64,000 nucleotides of DNA, taken from NCBI GenBank assembly GCA_048571215.1, contig CP182352.1:1504001-1568000 (forward strand), read 5' to 3'. The stretch comes from Halarcobacter sp. (lineage in GTDB: Bacteria > Campylobacterota > Campylobacteria > Campylobacterales > Arcobacteraceae). Of the stretch, positions 11,401 through 20,310 are shown in pieces (position 1 is the first letter of the stretch; each line of letters begins with the position of its first letter). A model generated the notes under the pieces. It searched no databases, had not been told where the DNA came from, and was given only the letters and a program-made list of their open reading frames with translations. The position numbers were made by a program, and so were the translations under genes.

Positions 11401-14400
11401 TTTAACAGAAGTTGAACCATTTTGAGAGGCTAAACTACTATCTTTTATGTATGCTTCTTTTGTATTTTCTATTAATGTTCTATTTGCTGATGCACCCGCA
11501 GCACCACCAAGACTTAAACCAACTGCTCCTGCATTTGTAGTAAGAGTATCTGTATTTACTGTTTTTACATTTACATTACTTGTATCTGATGAAGATAAAC
11601 CTTGATTGATAGAACTTGAATCAATATAACTTTTTAAGCTATTATCTAAATTATTTACTGCTATACTTGCAGCAATAGCACCTGTACCTGCAGCTGCTAA
11701 ATTTAAAGAACCTATATCAATATCATTTGTATTTGTCGCACTAACATCAATGCCACCATTTCCTATATATGCTTTTGCATCTACATCACTACCTTTTATG
11801 TAAGATTCTATTATTTCATCGATAGTATTAACTGCAACTGTACCACTAGCTGCAGCAGTCCCTGCAATAGTTAAGGTTATTGATAATGAACTTAAAGTAT
11901 TGTCACTATTTGCACTAATAGATAATGGGGAATTTGATATAAAGCTAGCACTATTATTAATATAAGATTTTGTTTCATCAACAAGCCTATTAATTAAAAC
12001 TGCTCCTGAAACAGCAACAGTTCCTGCACCTGCACCACTAACTGATAAAGATGTAAATCTTTTTGTATTTTGTGCATCTATTATTGATGTACCAGATGCA
12101 TTTACATCTATATTTTTTACTATTGCTAATACTTTAGTATCTGAATCATTTTCTAAATAAGCACCACCAATTGCTCCTGTTCCAGATGCAGCTAAGCTAC
12201 CAGACTTTGTATCTATAGTATTTTCTTGATTAGTTTTAACTTCAAGGTTATTTGTATTTATTTTAAGATTACTATTACCATTTTGGATAAAAGCTTGTGT
12301 TGTTCCTTGAAAATAGTTTTTATTTATATTCACAGCAGCTGAAACTTTTCCAGAAAATCCTGCTCCTATGGCAAAACTTTCTAAATTATTTTTATTAGTT
12401 GCATTTACTTTTAAATTGCCATTACCATTTAAATACTTGGTATTAATATCACTCCCTGAAATATAAGCTTCTACAAAAGCATAATCTGATGATGTATCAT
12501 TTGTACCAATATTATTTTGTAAGTAAGATAATCCTACTCCAGCTGTTTTACTTGCAGATATAGCACCAGCATATGTTTTTATAGTATTATCACTAGTAGC
12601 AGTAACCTCCATATTTCCAAATGTATTAATATCACTATTTACAACATATGATTTTGCAGTTCCTTGAATATTATTTATTCCTAGATTTCCAGATATTGCC
12701 ACTTCACCACCAACTGCCCCTGCTGTGATAACTTCAAAAATATCTCTTTTATTTAATGAGTCAATTATTAATAAATCTGCAATATCTAAATTTGTATTAT
12801 CAACATATGATTTAACATTGTTTTTTAGATAGTTTGATACAACAGAAGCACCAACACCTGCTCCACCAGAACCTAAAGTTATCCCTCCACTACCAACAAT
12901 AACATCTATATCTGATGCTTCATTAGATTTTATTCTTACACTTCCAGCACTTAACCTTGAATTATTTGAATCTGTTCCAGATATATATGATTTAACATCA
13001 CTTTCAATACTGTTCAATACTATTGTAATAGCAGCAGACATACCACCTTTTGCAGCAGATACTGCAGCAGCTATTGTTTGAATTGTTGGATTTGAATTTG
13101 CAATAATTCTAGCAGCAGAACTAATATTAATTTTAGAATCCTTTACACTACTTTCAATAGTATTAACTATATGGTTCTTTACAAAAGATGCACCTATCCC
13201 TGAACCTTTAGTTGCAGAAAGTGCCCCAGCAATTATTCCTATATATGAAGTATCATCACTCTTTATATCTAAAGTATAAGATGTAATATCAGAATTTGAA
13301 TCAATTGAAGAAATCACACTACTATCAATATCACTCCATGCTACTGAACCTGCAATACTTAGTCCAGAGCTTCTCGATGCACTACCACTTGCAGCTATTG
13401 CTTTTATTGTGTTTGTATTAGTACTTGATAAAGATGTCATATTTACTTTAACTGTAGAATTACTTATCTTAGATGAAGTTGTACTATCAATGAGATTTTT
13501 ACTAAATGCTCCAGCAAAACCTAAAGATGACTTATTTGAGAGATTCAATGCAGCTGAACCTGAAAGAGCAGATATAGTTGTATTATTCTTCGACAACATA
13601 CTTAATTCTGTATTTAAATTTGTAAAATTACTATTACTAATTTCAGTTTTTGCACTATCTGTTATTGTATTTAAAGCAGCATCACCTGAAACACCAATAC
13701 CAAAACTTCCTGCACTTTTTGATGAGGCTACATCTTCTGGTTTACTTGTAGTAGTTGAAGCAGTTTCTACAGCATTAGATGCTGGACTATCTGTACCACT
13801 TACAGTTCCAGCAACAGATATATCTAATATCTCTCCAATATTAGAAGCAAATATATCACTTTTTGCACCATGTAAAATTATATTACTTCTTTTATTTACA
13901 ATATTATTTGTATTTACATCAGCTACTATACCAGCAAAAGTATCTCTTGAAATATTATTTATTGAAGCTGAAAGACCTATACCAGATCCACCTGATAATA
14001 CAGCTGAGCCTGTTACATTATAAGTTTTTGTATCATCTATTGCATTTATTAGTAAGTTTCTTTCTGTAGTATCAATTATATCCTTATTAGTTCCACTAAA
14101 AACTTCTACATCACTTCCAATAATTTTAGCTTGTGTAGTATTATTGTTTGTCAAAAATGAAAAACTTCCTGATATTCCTAACTCTTTAGTATTTGCACCA
14201 GATGCTGCTATAGATATATTTCTTTGAATATTTTTTGCTACTACAGATAAAGCATCAGCATTTAAAGTTGTATTCTTTTCAATAATAGCTTCAACATCAT
14301 TTGTATAATTAACTGCTAATAAAGCTCCACCAAAACCTTTATCTGCACTCGCTCCTAATAATTTCAATCCAACTATTCCTGATGTATTTAACATCTGTTG

Positions 14401-17400
14401 AATATTGTTTTCAGCTTTTATATTAACATTTTGAACCCCAGTTGTTGAAGCACTTAAATTTTCATTTACTTTTGCACCCTCTTCTATTCTTGCCTTTACA
14501 ATATTTCCCATAGTAAAAAAGTTTACTGAACCAGAGATAGATACTTCTTGAGCTCCACCATTTGATTGAGCCCAAGTTGTTGCAAGTTTTTTTTGTACAC
14601 CAAAATTAGTATTTATACTTTTATTAAATGAACTTAAAAACTCAGCTAAAGAATTAAAATTTAAATATGCAGAATCATATTTCATCTCATTTAAAGCAGT
14701 AATATCAATATTTCCATTACTATTAACAATACTATTTTTTCCAATTGATGCATCTACAATATTATCAATTTCAGTTATCATAACTGCACCACCAATTGAA
14801 TAATCATATGATACTGGTTTTCCATCTTTGCCAACACCATTATCTATTGTTGAGATAGCTGAACTTTTTATTCCCTTTTTCCCAGTCGTATTATTTGCAA
14901 AAAAATTATTCTGAGCATTTATAGTTATATCACTAGCTATATCAACTTTATTATTATCAGATTCCAAAGTTGTTGATTTATCAGATATTTTTGCAGTTAC
15001 AGTTGATTTATGTCTTGAATAACCAACAGCTGCACTTGCTCCCAAATTTGTACTAGAGCCCACATCAATGCTATTTTGTTTCGTATCCAAATAATTTGTT
15101 GCAACTGCTTTTATCGCAAAATCAATTTGCCCTTTACCACTTGTATCAAATTGTTTCATTAAATCTTTTACTCTTGACACTTGTTCTGCTGAAACAAAAT
15201 CAGGTAAAGAAGTAGAACCTACTCCAGATTTTGCAATTGTTTCAAGAAGTTCATTATTTGCTTGTGCATTTACTGAGAGATTATTTGATTTAAGTTTTCC
15301 ACCTGCAATAGCTTGAGTTTCTAAATTTGACTGATTTAATGCCAAGGCTGCACTTAATTGACCATTTTTATCAGCAGTTCCAGTTGCTGATGATTTTATA
15401 TTTCTTGTACTTTTTGCATCAATATTTATTGCTTGATTACTTTTTAATTCAGCACCATTATTTACTATTGCATTTGATTTAATATCACTTGTAATATAAG
15501 AGATAACCATATTTGGTGTACTAAGTCCTACAGTTTGGCCCGTTTTAGAGCTTACATCTGATAAATTTTTCAAATATGCATCACTTGTAATTGTCATATC
15601 TTGATTACTGTTAATTGTAACTCCATCATTTATTGTTGTTTCGGCATGACTTATACCATCACTAGCTCCAATAGCAAAACCAAAAAATATCTTAGAAAAA
15701 TCAATACTAGTTGAAGAAATACTCTCTAAAGTAATATTATTACCTTCAAGAATTGAACCATTATTTATTTCTATAGAAGCATCATTATTTGCATATGCAT
15801 AAGTAACAGGTGTTAATGAGTTAAGTATGGTATCTCCAATATTTAAAGCTGTATTCGTAAATTTATTTTCTGTATCTATATCAAACACTCCTGAAGATGT
15901 AGCAGAAGATGTGATTGTAATATTTCCTGTCGTATTATCTTTTTGGGCTTGATTATAACTTTTTATTGTTGCATTATTTATTGTGATATTTGCTATGTTT
16001 GTAATAGGTAAAACACTACTATTATTAATTATTGCTTCAAGTAAAATATCCCCTGAAGCATATCCATTATCAGCATAACTTAAAATTTTTGCGTTTGTTC
16101 CTATACTGATTTTTGGTGCACGCAATATAATATTCCCAGAATCTCCTATTGAACTTGCAGTTTCAGCGGTAGTTGGATCTGAACTACCTGTATTTCTTGA
16201 TGAGATAATTACTCCATCACCGACAGTTAAAGTTTCTGTAGCTTCTTGTAATATTTGTGTTCCATTTGAAAAAACATTTGCCAATAGTGAGATATTTTTG
16301 GGATCAATATAAAAAAGTCCATTTTCTCCGTTATAAGCATTTAGAGTAATATTACCACCGTTTAATATAACATCATTTTTAGCACTAAGTTCAGCAAATC
16401 CACCATTACCCTTTAAAAGTCCACCTGTTGCCATAAAAATTACATTTTTATCAGAGTATGCCAGATTTTCTGCAAAAATGTCTATATTTCCACCATCTCC
16501 GATATTGGCTGCATTTGTTTGAAGTTTAGAGTTACCTAGTAAAAATATATTATTTGCTGCTTTTATCTCAATATCACCTGCATTTTGACTTAATGTAGCG
16601 TTTGTATTTATCTCTCCCGTATTAAGTACTGTTCCATTTAATCCAGTAATTTTAACACTATCACCTTCATCTTTCACTGTTACTAGTTCATCTATTTTAT
16701 CTGTATTTATAATATTATCAATAACATTATTAGCTTGTTGTTTTGACATTATTATTGGTTCATCACTATTTGAAACCTCTTTATACTCATATTGTATTAA
16801 ACCTTGTGGATCAAATTGTATAGTAAACTTTTCTGTTGCACCCAATGATACTTTCCCAGCTTTTGCAATAATCTTTCCTTCATTGCTTACCATTGGCGAA
16901 CTTAATACAACAAAGCCTTGAGGAGAAACTTCAATAGTACCTTTATTTACTATTGTTCCTAAATTTACATCAGTTTGATCAAAAATATAATTTTCATTTA
17001 AAAAATCTTCATTTGAGATATCTAAAGTTGTAGCTAAAAAGCTATTTGCATTAATAGATGAGTTTTCTCCAAAAAATATACCTGCAGGATTTACTAAAAA
17101 AACCCTACCATTTGCTTGCAGTTTACCCAAAATTGAAGATGGATTATTTTGTATAACCCTATTTAATACTACCGAATTTGAGTTTGGTTGTATAAACTTA
17201 ACTAACTCATTTACTCCAATATTAAAGGTGTTATAATTAATAATAGCATTATTTGAAGCAGCTATATTCATATTATTTTGTGTTTGTGAAATAGATACAT
17301 TACCAGCAACAGTATTTGCTCCTGTTGGTAATGCACTTAAATTAACTGGTAACAATATCAACTGAACAGATACTGCACTTACTGAAATCTTTTGAAGAAA

Positions 17401-17418
17401 ATTATTTTTTATAAACAT
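2488..17418 (-). CDS. Giant TpsA filamentous haemagglutinin-family exoprotein (adhesin-like, ~4,976 aa)
   Basis: Signal peptide then TPS domain (VLNRV, ANGRVFLVNPAGI); long G/S/N/T-rich beta-helix-like repeats. Start placed at ATG 17418, overlapping the tpsB stop (TAATG); the ORF track uses TTG 17424. Confidence 0.92.
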   Translation of the reverse strand: MFIKNNFLQKISVSAVSVQLILLPVNLSALPTGANTVAGNVSISQTQNNMNIAASNNAIINYNTFNIGVNELVKFIQPNSNSVVLNRVIQNNPSSILGKLQANGRVFLVNPAGIFFGENSSINANSFLATTLDISNEDFLNENYIFDQTDVNLGTIVNKGTIEVSPQGFVVLSSPMVSNEGKIIAKAGKVSLGATEKFTIQFDPQGLIQYEYKEVSNSDEPIIMSKQQANNVIDNIINTDKIDELVTVKDEGDSVKITGLNGTVLNTGEINTNATLSQNAGDIEIKAANNIFLLGNSKLQTNAANIGDGGNIDIFAENLAYSDKNVIFMATGGLLKGNGGFAELSAKNDVILNGGNITLNAYNGENGLFYIDPKNISLLANVFSNGTQILQEATETLTVGDGVIISSRNTGSSDPTTAETASSIGDSGNIILRAPKISIGTNAKILSYADNGYASGDILLEAIINNSSVLPITNIANITINNATIKSYNQAQKDNTTGNITITSSATSSGVFDIDTENKFTNTALNIGDTILNSLTPVTYAYANNDASIEINNGSILEGNNITLESISSTSIDFSKIFFGFAIGASDGISHAETTINDGVTINSNQDMTITSDAYLKNLSDVSSKTGQTVGLSTPNMVISYITSDIKSNAIVNNGAELKSNQAINIDAKSTRNIKSSATGTADKNGQLSAALALNQSNLETQAIAGGKLKSNNLSVNAQANNELLETIAKSGVGSTSLPDFVSAEQVSRVKDLMKQFDTSGKGQIDFAIKAVATNYLDTKQNSIDVGSSTNLGASAAVGYSRHKSTVTAKISDKSTTLESDNNKVDIASDITINAQNNFFANNTTGKKGIKSSAISTIDNGVGKDGKPVSYDYSIGGAVMITEIDNIVDASIGKNSIVNSNGNIDITALNEMKYDSAYLNFNSLAEFLSSFNKSINTNFGVQKKLATTWAQSNGGAQEVSISGSVNFFTMGNIVKARIEEGAKVNENLSASTTGVQNVNIKAENNIQQMLNTSGIVGLKLLGASADKGFGGALLAVNYTNDVEAIIEKNTTLNADALSVVAKNIQRNISIAASGANTKELGISGSFSFLTNNNTTQAKIIGSDVEVFSGTNKDIIDTTERNLLINAIDDTKTYNVTGSAVLSGGSGIGLSASINNISRDTFAGIVADVNTNNIVNKRSNIILHGAKSDIFASNIGEILDISVAGTVSGTDSPASNAVETASTTTSKPEDVASSKSAGSFGIGVSGDAALNTITDSAKTEISNSNFTNLNTELSMLSKNNTTISALSGSAALNLSNKSSLGFAGAFSKNLIDSTTSSKISNSTVKVNMTSLSSTNTNTIKAIAASGSASRSSGLSIAGSVAWSDIDSSVISSIDSNSDITSYTLDIKSDDTSYIGIIAGALSATKGSGIGASFVKNHIVNTIESSVKDSKINISSAARIIANSNPTIQTIAAAVSAAKGGMSAAITIVLNSIESDVKSYISGTDSNNSRLSAGSVRIKSNEASDIDVIVGSGGITLGSGGAGVGASVVSNYLKNNVKSYVDNTNLDIADLLIIDSLNKRDIFEVITAGAVGGEVAISGNLGINNIQGTAKSYVVNSDINTFGNMEVTATSDNTIKTYAGAISASKTAGVGLSYLQNNIGTNDTSSDYAFVEAYISGSDINTKYLNGNGNLKVNATNKNNLESFAIGAGFSGKVSAAVNINKNYFQGTTQAFIQNGNSNLKINTNNLEVKTNQENTIDTKSGSLAASGTGAIGGAYLENDSDTKVLAIVKNIDVNASGTSIIDAQNTKRFTSLSVSGAGAGTVAVSGAVLINRLVDETKSYINNSASFISNSPLSISANSDNTLSSLSITLTIAGTAAASGTVAVNTIDEIIESYIKGSDVDAKAYIGNGGIDVSATNTNDIDIGSLNLAAAGTGAIAASIAVNNLDNSLKSYIDSSSINQGLSSSDTSNVNVKTVNTDTLTTNAGAVGLSLGGAAGASANRTLIENTKEAYIKDSSLASQNGSTSVKSIANENIENNIVAGAAGLTAGVAGNVQVTYINNKNKAYIDNSNVVSDKDLIVDANETANIVQWLGTAAAGSVGAGGTVLVNTITNKNSAYVKNSDLKAKRDMSIKSNTNTTLDQTGMTGALGLYAGLAGTVVVNYLDIDSKAYTLLDTTNDSTETMTVNKSSNSDNSTFLIDSKSAISITDNIGTAAFGAGAGVGASIELNTIKNNVEATLGENSEVYAKKGVTVSADSDKFISNQISAYSGGFIGGVAGAVSILNINSALSSNAQSAMSPSNSGETVLSQANNNLTSSSVGNNLGSHGHSTITQTALDNKTNSLSVDDAFSTTTPTQKVSATIEKNANVYANNGNVKVLANNIARNYTKVGGTAGGALIGAGGSVSVSNLNFTTTASIDDDTIIQANKLDLNSFFRSYSVVDTQVAAGGAIGLGGSYIDNNLNYDNNTKVGKNSIITTEKDLNIKSENDIAHALTANGALIGVAAGGIVNINEVVNGTLVNRIGNGSKLTSNSGNIDIRTNRVLSINTVEDGDVTIALAAFPTYTTNIDVTDLSNIILTDDSTTPTLELKALNGDVNILSISGQFKVNADNSSNVDLSVVGSNKVKTELSANMDNNIYLYGAKIDALNINTKSLINYIDLYSNNYSYMNSAGGPRTAESYLISKIYNTVYADNTELTAENNLNMTTLINSERAVSKANVGGTMVVVDGSWSFGVNHVKDTQYIMTSNSSTISGRSINVNNDKTNVSSTLQSNENEKNCLNGVCIGYYNGDYNPYTDNEFISLNGAINLLTTPKTIIFDTNGQSTQASYIPDSSGYIRLSGLNYEGSNIFTINAPILKAQNITIGSPVNFMGNLYPEVKIVNNSDYNLAIDNFNLDVSTNQPTVDITTIDNSQPSYTINNSIVDNIKPSFIVENHGYSDVHFGDISVAGGLLKVTNDYGSIYQHNTFGVPLATNYELDAYNGDIDVWYLNMYIDGIITPTVRTYSGGKSIIGIKGITTDNYDANTTANINILSMESKEDLFLDMYDTRKYTVFDAQGNYIGVGNIPTRNSIKNLSAFGDIDISVDNKIDVYFDNATITSGAQAKYIQLSENTLAGNSYVESATADKIQLKDISTSGGHFSISFDDGSLLGSGTISLFDGTPTIDIQNNTLRDLSLGSITNSKNNASFTLDGQDIDLLNGYLTGNQNIEFNKLGQNNGIINITNTQNVKTNLTKNIDNGNGTLNILSTAGIESNGSMIKSGNINLIASNGNIGSNSGGSIVIDATKDISAIGKDIYLSEYSFSNPVGFSISSIIGDNVSLQASSIDATNLSAQNLLVRSTNDFTANINSKNVDASSSLGSISLNNSAKSSQNTLYSKNDMTYIGKDFVQSNNIKSGSGSISLTVDNAVLKTVDAKEKLYIQANGTISQTGDITAKDVVLKANEMIQTNSIIDASNSTELVSTNGNIGSSSNYFKVNANIFSAKATNGSSYLDNNALSSQVDLTAVNDIKYVGKELVNATMEATNGSIDINVDNASIKSMKAKDRLVIQSNGTILQTGDIIAKDVVLKAVNDITQINSVTNGSNSLELVSSNADIGTSSNYFKANSARIKAQAKNRAYLESDLGLNLNGVKAQDVNLKALTIDAKEVNSTNLNMEAGLDIVANVNASNVVATSQGSIDITNNQASSTNNLQAENNINLKVKDFNQNEDSISSTNGSIYLTTDRAVLNSNSLLGDFVVRASSDIEQNGDISARNIDFESYYGIVQNSGVLKAGDTVSLYAVNGDIIARVDTPKLIANSKINLDINNNALSSQVDLTAVNDIKYVGKELVNATMEATNGSIDINVDNASIKSMKAKDRLVIQSNGTILQTGDIIAKDVVLKAVNDITQINSVTNGSNSLELVSSNADIGTSSNYFKANSARIKAQAKNRAYLESDLGLNLNGVKAQDVNLKALTIDAKEVNSTNLNMEAGLDIVANVNASNVVATSQGSIDITNNQASSTNNLQAVNDIKYVGKELVNATMEATNGSIDINVDNASIKSMKAKDRLVIQSNGTILQTGDIIAKDVVLKAVNDITQINSVTNGSNSLELVSSNADIGTSSNYFKANSARIKAQAKNRAYLESDLGLNLNGVKAQDVNLKALTIDAKEVNSTNLNMEAGLDIVANVNASNVVATSQGSIDITNNQASSTNNLQAENNINLKVKDFNQNEDSISSTNGSIYLTTDRAVLNSNSLLGDFVVRASSDIEQNGDISARNIDFESYYGIVQNSGVLKAGDTVSLYAVNGDIIARVDTPKLIANSKINLDINNNALSSQVDLTAVNDIKYVGKELVNATMEATNGSIDINVDNASIKSMKAKDRLVIQSNGTILQTGDIIAKDVVLKAVNDITQINSVTNGSNSLELVSSNADIGTSSNYFKANSARIKAQAKNRAYLESDLGLNLNGVKAQDVNLKALTIDAKEVNSTNLNMEAGLDIVANVNASNVVATSQGSIDITNNQASSTNNLQAVNDIKYVGKELVNATMEATNGSIDINVDNASIKSMKAKDRLVIQSNGTILQTGDIIAKDVVLKAVNDITQINSVTNGSNSLELVSSNADIGTSSNYFKANSARIKAQAKNRAYLESDLGLNLNGVKAQDVNLKALTIDAKEVNSTNLNMEAGLDIVANVNASNVVATSQGSIDITNNQASSTNNLQAENNINLKVKDFNQNEDSISSTNGSIYLTTDRAVLNSNSLLGDFVVRASSDIEQNGDISARNIDFESYYGIVQNSGVLKAGDTVSLSTLSGDINAIVNSFKLIAKTKDSVNITNLASISNFNIDAQKNITINSLGKLTQESKMSADNVKIVASDDLVINSINAVNNIDLESLNGNILKVEDYSGANLSSSTGDISLVALTGSIGSSSQQIDVSLKEGFLTTKASNGIYITGININNLKKDTSTNIKSVIGTTTTTINNPIATSPQTLPLTTPTQQPVLFVTPSGTSNNTPRKNTDSGVNQEIKKQEDKKKKKISI
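3177..7019. repeat. Exact intragenic tandem array: five 561-bp A units and three 372-bp B units (last one partial)
   Basis: A units 6424-6984, 5491-6051, 4930-5490, 3997-4557, 3436-3996; B units 6052-6423, 4558-4929, partial 3177-3435. Identical shadow ORFs recur at spacings 561/933/561/933. Confidence 0.95.
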
Positions 17419-19298
17419 TACCAAACCTTAGAATTTAATACTACATAAAGATTAGTTTTATCTTTAGTTCCACTATCTGATGAATTTAAAGGAAAGCCAA
17501 TCGTTGTTTTAAGAAAAGTATCTTTAAAAACTTCTGCAATAACTTCAAAACCTGTTCCTAACAAATAAGAATATCTATCATCCCCAACAACTGGCTTATT
17601 TATATAAATTCTTCCATAATCTAAAAATAAACCAAGCTTTAAACGTTCATCAACATAATCTATATCTGTTTGAGGTAAAATAAAATACTCTAAAGAGGTA
17701 TCAAAACCTGTATCACCAACAAATTTTGAGGAAGCATAACCCCTAACACTATTTAAACCACCCAAAGAGTAAACTTCAGAAAGTGGCAATCTATCCTTTG
17801 AAAACTGAGTGTTAAGTCTAAATGATAATTCACCAAATAAATTTATCTTTTTTTGATACATAAGAGTTGAATTTAATTTAATATAACTACTAGCTTGGTT
17901 TGTTCTTGATTGTGTCGAAGTAGCCTCTGACAAACTTCCCTTTGATATATTAATATTAGTATATAAAGTACTAAATACACCATTTTCCTGTGTATTAAAA
18001 CCAGCACTAAAGACCTTTAATCTATCTAATGAAGAGAGTGCATTAAAAAGGTAACTTTTTGTTTTTTTGTATTGATAATCAAATCTTAAATTCATACTTT
18101 CAGATATGGTTCTTTTTAATGGATGAGAAAATCCAAGAGTATAGATTTTTGTTTCACCCTCTATACCTAAGTTTGCAAAATCAGAACCGCTTACTATATA
18201 GTTTGAAGATAAAGCAGTAAAATGTAATTTTGTATGTTTGTTATTTATAGGTAAAGAATAATCAAAATTTTCAAGTTCCATTCCTGAAGGATTTATACTT
18301 CTCATAATATTTAAACTTGATAAATCACCATCAATAATACTATTTCCATAAATCAAATCTGCACGAACTCTATTTCTTGAAATCGCCTTTGAACCTAAAT
18401 TATCATAGGAAAGATTTGCACTAAAAGGTAATTCATCTTTTACTTTTAAAACCACATCTGTAGAAGCAGGAGCTGAACCTTTTTTCATATATGATTTAAC
18501 TTCTAAATTTGAATATTCATTTAAAAGAAGTATTGATTCTACAAGCTTATTATAATTTAAATTATCTCCATTTTTTTTATCAAAAGATTTTTTAATAAAA
18601 TCGCTACTATAGTATTTATTCCCCTCAACTGTAATATTTCCATATTTACCTTGAACTAATAGAATCTTTAAAATCTCATTAGATAGATCTTGCTTAGGTA
18701 TTAATACCTTTATAAAAAGTCTATTTTTTTCTTTTAAATACTTTTCAATTACCTCTTTGATTTTATTTAACTCATTAATACTATAATATTTTTTAGTAAA
18801 TAGATTTACAATCCTTAATAATTCACCTCTTAAATCATTTGGTAAATTTATAATCTCTATATGTTTAATAAAATATTTACCTTTATTTGTCACTTTTCTT
18901 TTATTTGTTTTTTTAGATGATAAGCTCATCTTAGATGGTTTGTTTTTTAACTCTTTGAGTTTTTTCTTTGTTTCTAGACTATTATTTTTATGTTCCTTAT
19001 TAATTAAAGAGTTATATTTGTCTATATCATGAATCTTTACAAAGGGATAATTAACCCACCCTTCAATTGTTTTAAACCAAGGATAAGTACTAGATTTATT
19101 TAAATCAATATCTATAATATCTTTTTGTTTAACATATCTCTTTTTTTTAACTTTTATTACTTTACTATCTACACTCTTATCTTCATATATATTATTATTT
19201 AATTTAAATAGATTGATTCTATTTTCTTTTGCATACAAATTTAGTGCGAAAAATATTGTAAATAGTATTGACAGGTTTTTTTTATTTAAAAGTTTCAT
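17418..19298 (-). CDS. TpsB (ShlB/FhaC/HecB family) outer-membrane transporter
   Basis: Signal peptide, POTRA-like segments, YDNLG, loop-6 motif SLGGLNSVRGY, terminal W; directly upstream of TpsA. Confidence 0.92.
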   Translation of the reverse strand: MKLLNKKNLSILFTIFFALNLYAKENRINLFKLNNNIYEDKSVDSKVIKVKKKRYVKQKDIIDIDLNKSSTYPWFKTIEGWVNYPFVKIHDIDKYNSLINKEHKNNSLETKKKLKELKNKPSKMSLSSKKTNKRKVTNKGKYFIKHIEIINLPNDLRGELLRIVNLFTKKYYSINELNKIKEVIEKYLKEKNRLFIKVLIPKQDLSNEILKILLVQGKYGNITVEGNKYYSSDFIKKSFDKKNGDNLNYNKLVESILLLNEYSNLEVKSYMKKGSAPASTDVVLKVKDELPFSANLSYDNLGSKAISRNRVRADLIYGNSIIDGDLSSLNIMRSINPSGMELENFDYSLPINNKHTKLHFTALSSNYIVSGSDFANLGIEGETKIYTLGFSHPLKRTISESMNLRFDYQYKKTKSYLFNALSSLDRLKVFSAGFNTQENGVFSTLYTNINISKGSLSEATSTQSRTNQASSYIKLNSTLMYQKKINLFGELSFRLNTQFSKDRLPLSEVYSLGGLNSVRGYASSKFVGDTGFDTSLEYFILPQTDIDYVDERLKLGLFLDYGRIYINKPVVGDDRYSYLLGTGFEVIAEVFKDTFLKTTIGFPLNSSDSGTKDKTNLYVVLNSKVW

Positions 19299-19927
19299 TA
19301 TTTTCTAGTCAATACTGCTCTAATTGATTTTTTCTCATCTTTTTTTAACTTCACTGGTTTAAATTCATATGTATTGTAACCATCTTTTTCAACTCTAATA
19401 TTATGCATTACACTAGCAGTTATAGGTATATATTTATTTGAACTTTTTCCAATAAATTTTCCATCTACATATACTTTATCATTAGAAACATTACTTCTTA
19501 TTTGCAAATACCCTAAAGTTTTATTCTGATCAATCTTTTTTTGTATAAGTTTTAAAGTTTTTATTGCTTCTTTGTTTTTTTGTTTTGCAGCTAATTGATA
19601 ATAAAAAATTGCAAGTTTTAAATTCTTTTCAACTCCAACACCTTTTAAATAAGCATTTCCCATAGTATTTTGAGCTACATCATAACCATCATTAGCACTT
19701 AATGTATAAAAAGAGATTGCTTTTTTTACATCTTTTTTCACACCTAAACCTAACTCATACATATAACCTAGATTAAATTTTGCAACCATTCCCTCTTGAG
19801 CAATTTTCAAAAAAATCTCTTGAGCTTTTTTATAATCTTTTTTATCAAAAGCTTTTTTACCATCTTCTATATTTGCATTGGCTATTGATATAAATATAAC
19901 CATAAAAGCAAGTAGTAGTTTTTTCAT
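19298..19927 (-). CDS. Exported Sel1-repeat protein with C-terminal PEGA-like domain
   Basis: Signal peptide (ANA), AKFNLGYMYELGLGVKKD and AQNTMGNAYLKGVGVEKN repeats, GYLQIRSNVSNDKVYVDGKFIG...IRVEKDGY; TAATG-coupled to tpsB. Confidence 0.85.
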   Translation of the reverse strand: MKKLLLAFMVIFISIANANIEDGKKAFDKKDYKKAQEIFLKIAQEGMVAKFNLGYMYELGLGVKKDVKKAISFYTLSANDGYDVAQNTMGNAYLKGVGVEKNLKLAIFYYQLAAKQKNKEAIKTLKLIQKKIDQNKTLGYLQIRSNVSNDKVYVDGKFIGKSSNKYIPITASVMHNIRVEKDGYNTYEFKPVKLKKDEKKSIRAVLTRK

Positions 19928-19954
19928 ATGTTCTCTCCTAATTTCAACTTAACA

Positions 19955-19987
19955 ATTGTATAAAAAAAGTTTGTCAAACTTTGTCAA
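19955..19987 (-). promoter_or_regulatory. Direct-repeat box TTGACAA-agt-TTGACAA plus -10 (TACAAT) of the TPS operon
   Basis: Plus strand TTGTCAAACTTTGTCAA at 19971-19987; TACAAT on the minus strand at 19960-19955 after a 10 nt spacer. Confidence 0.7.
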
Positions 19988-20310
19988 TTTGAAAGTTTCA
20001 AATAAATTTAATATAAGGATAGAAAAATATTGATAAATTATTTGCTACTGTAATATATAATAAAAATATATATTTAAAAGCTAGCATTGAACTTTAATTC
20101 ATTGAATCAGTAAATAGATTATATATAATATATAAAAAATCTATTTTATCTTTTAACACAAATAAAGAATATTAAATATTAATATATGTGTAAAAATGCA
20201 ACAAACAATTCCTATTTTACAATTATAAATAAAATTGATAAAACTATAAGTTTAATATTTCTTTAATTGAGGTAAGTTTTTAATTAAAAAGTAAAAAAAT
20301 TAGGAAGAAT

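Noticed and set aside
2488..17418. TpsA as a CdiA contact-dependent toxin
   Set aside because: No VENN-type delimiter, no recognisable C-terminal toxin domain, no downstream immunity ORF
2488..17418. Bacterial N-glycosylation sequons (e.g. EVNST in each A unit)
   Set aside because: Expected by chance in a ~5,000 aa Asn/Ser/Thr-rich protein, and no pgl genes are in the window
19988..20310. AT-rich intergenic region as an sRNA or replication origin
   Set aside because: No stable hairpin, terminator or repeated DnaA boxes seen; explained as divergent promoter space
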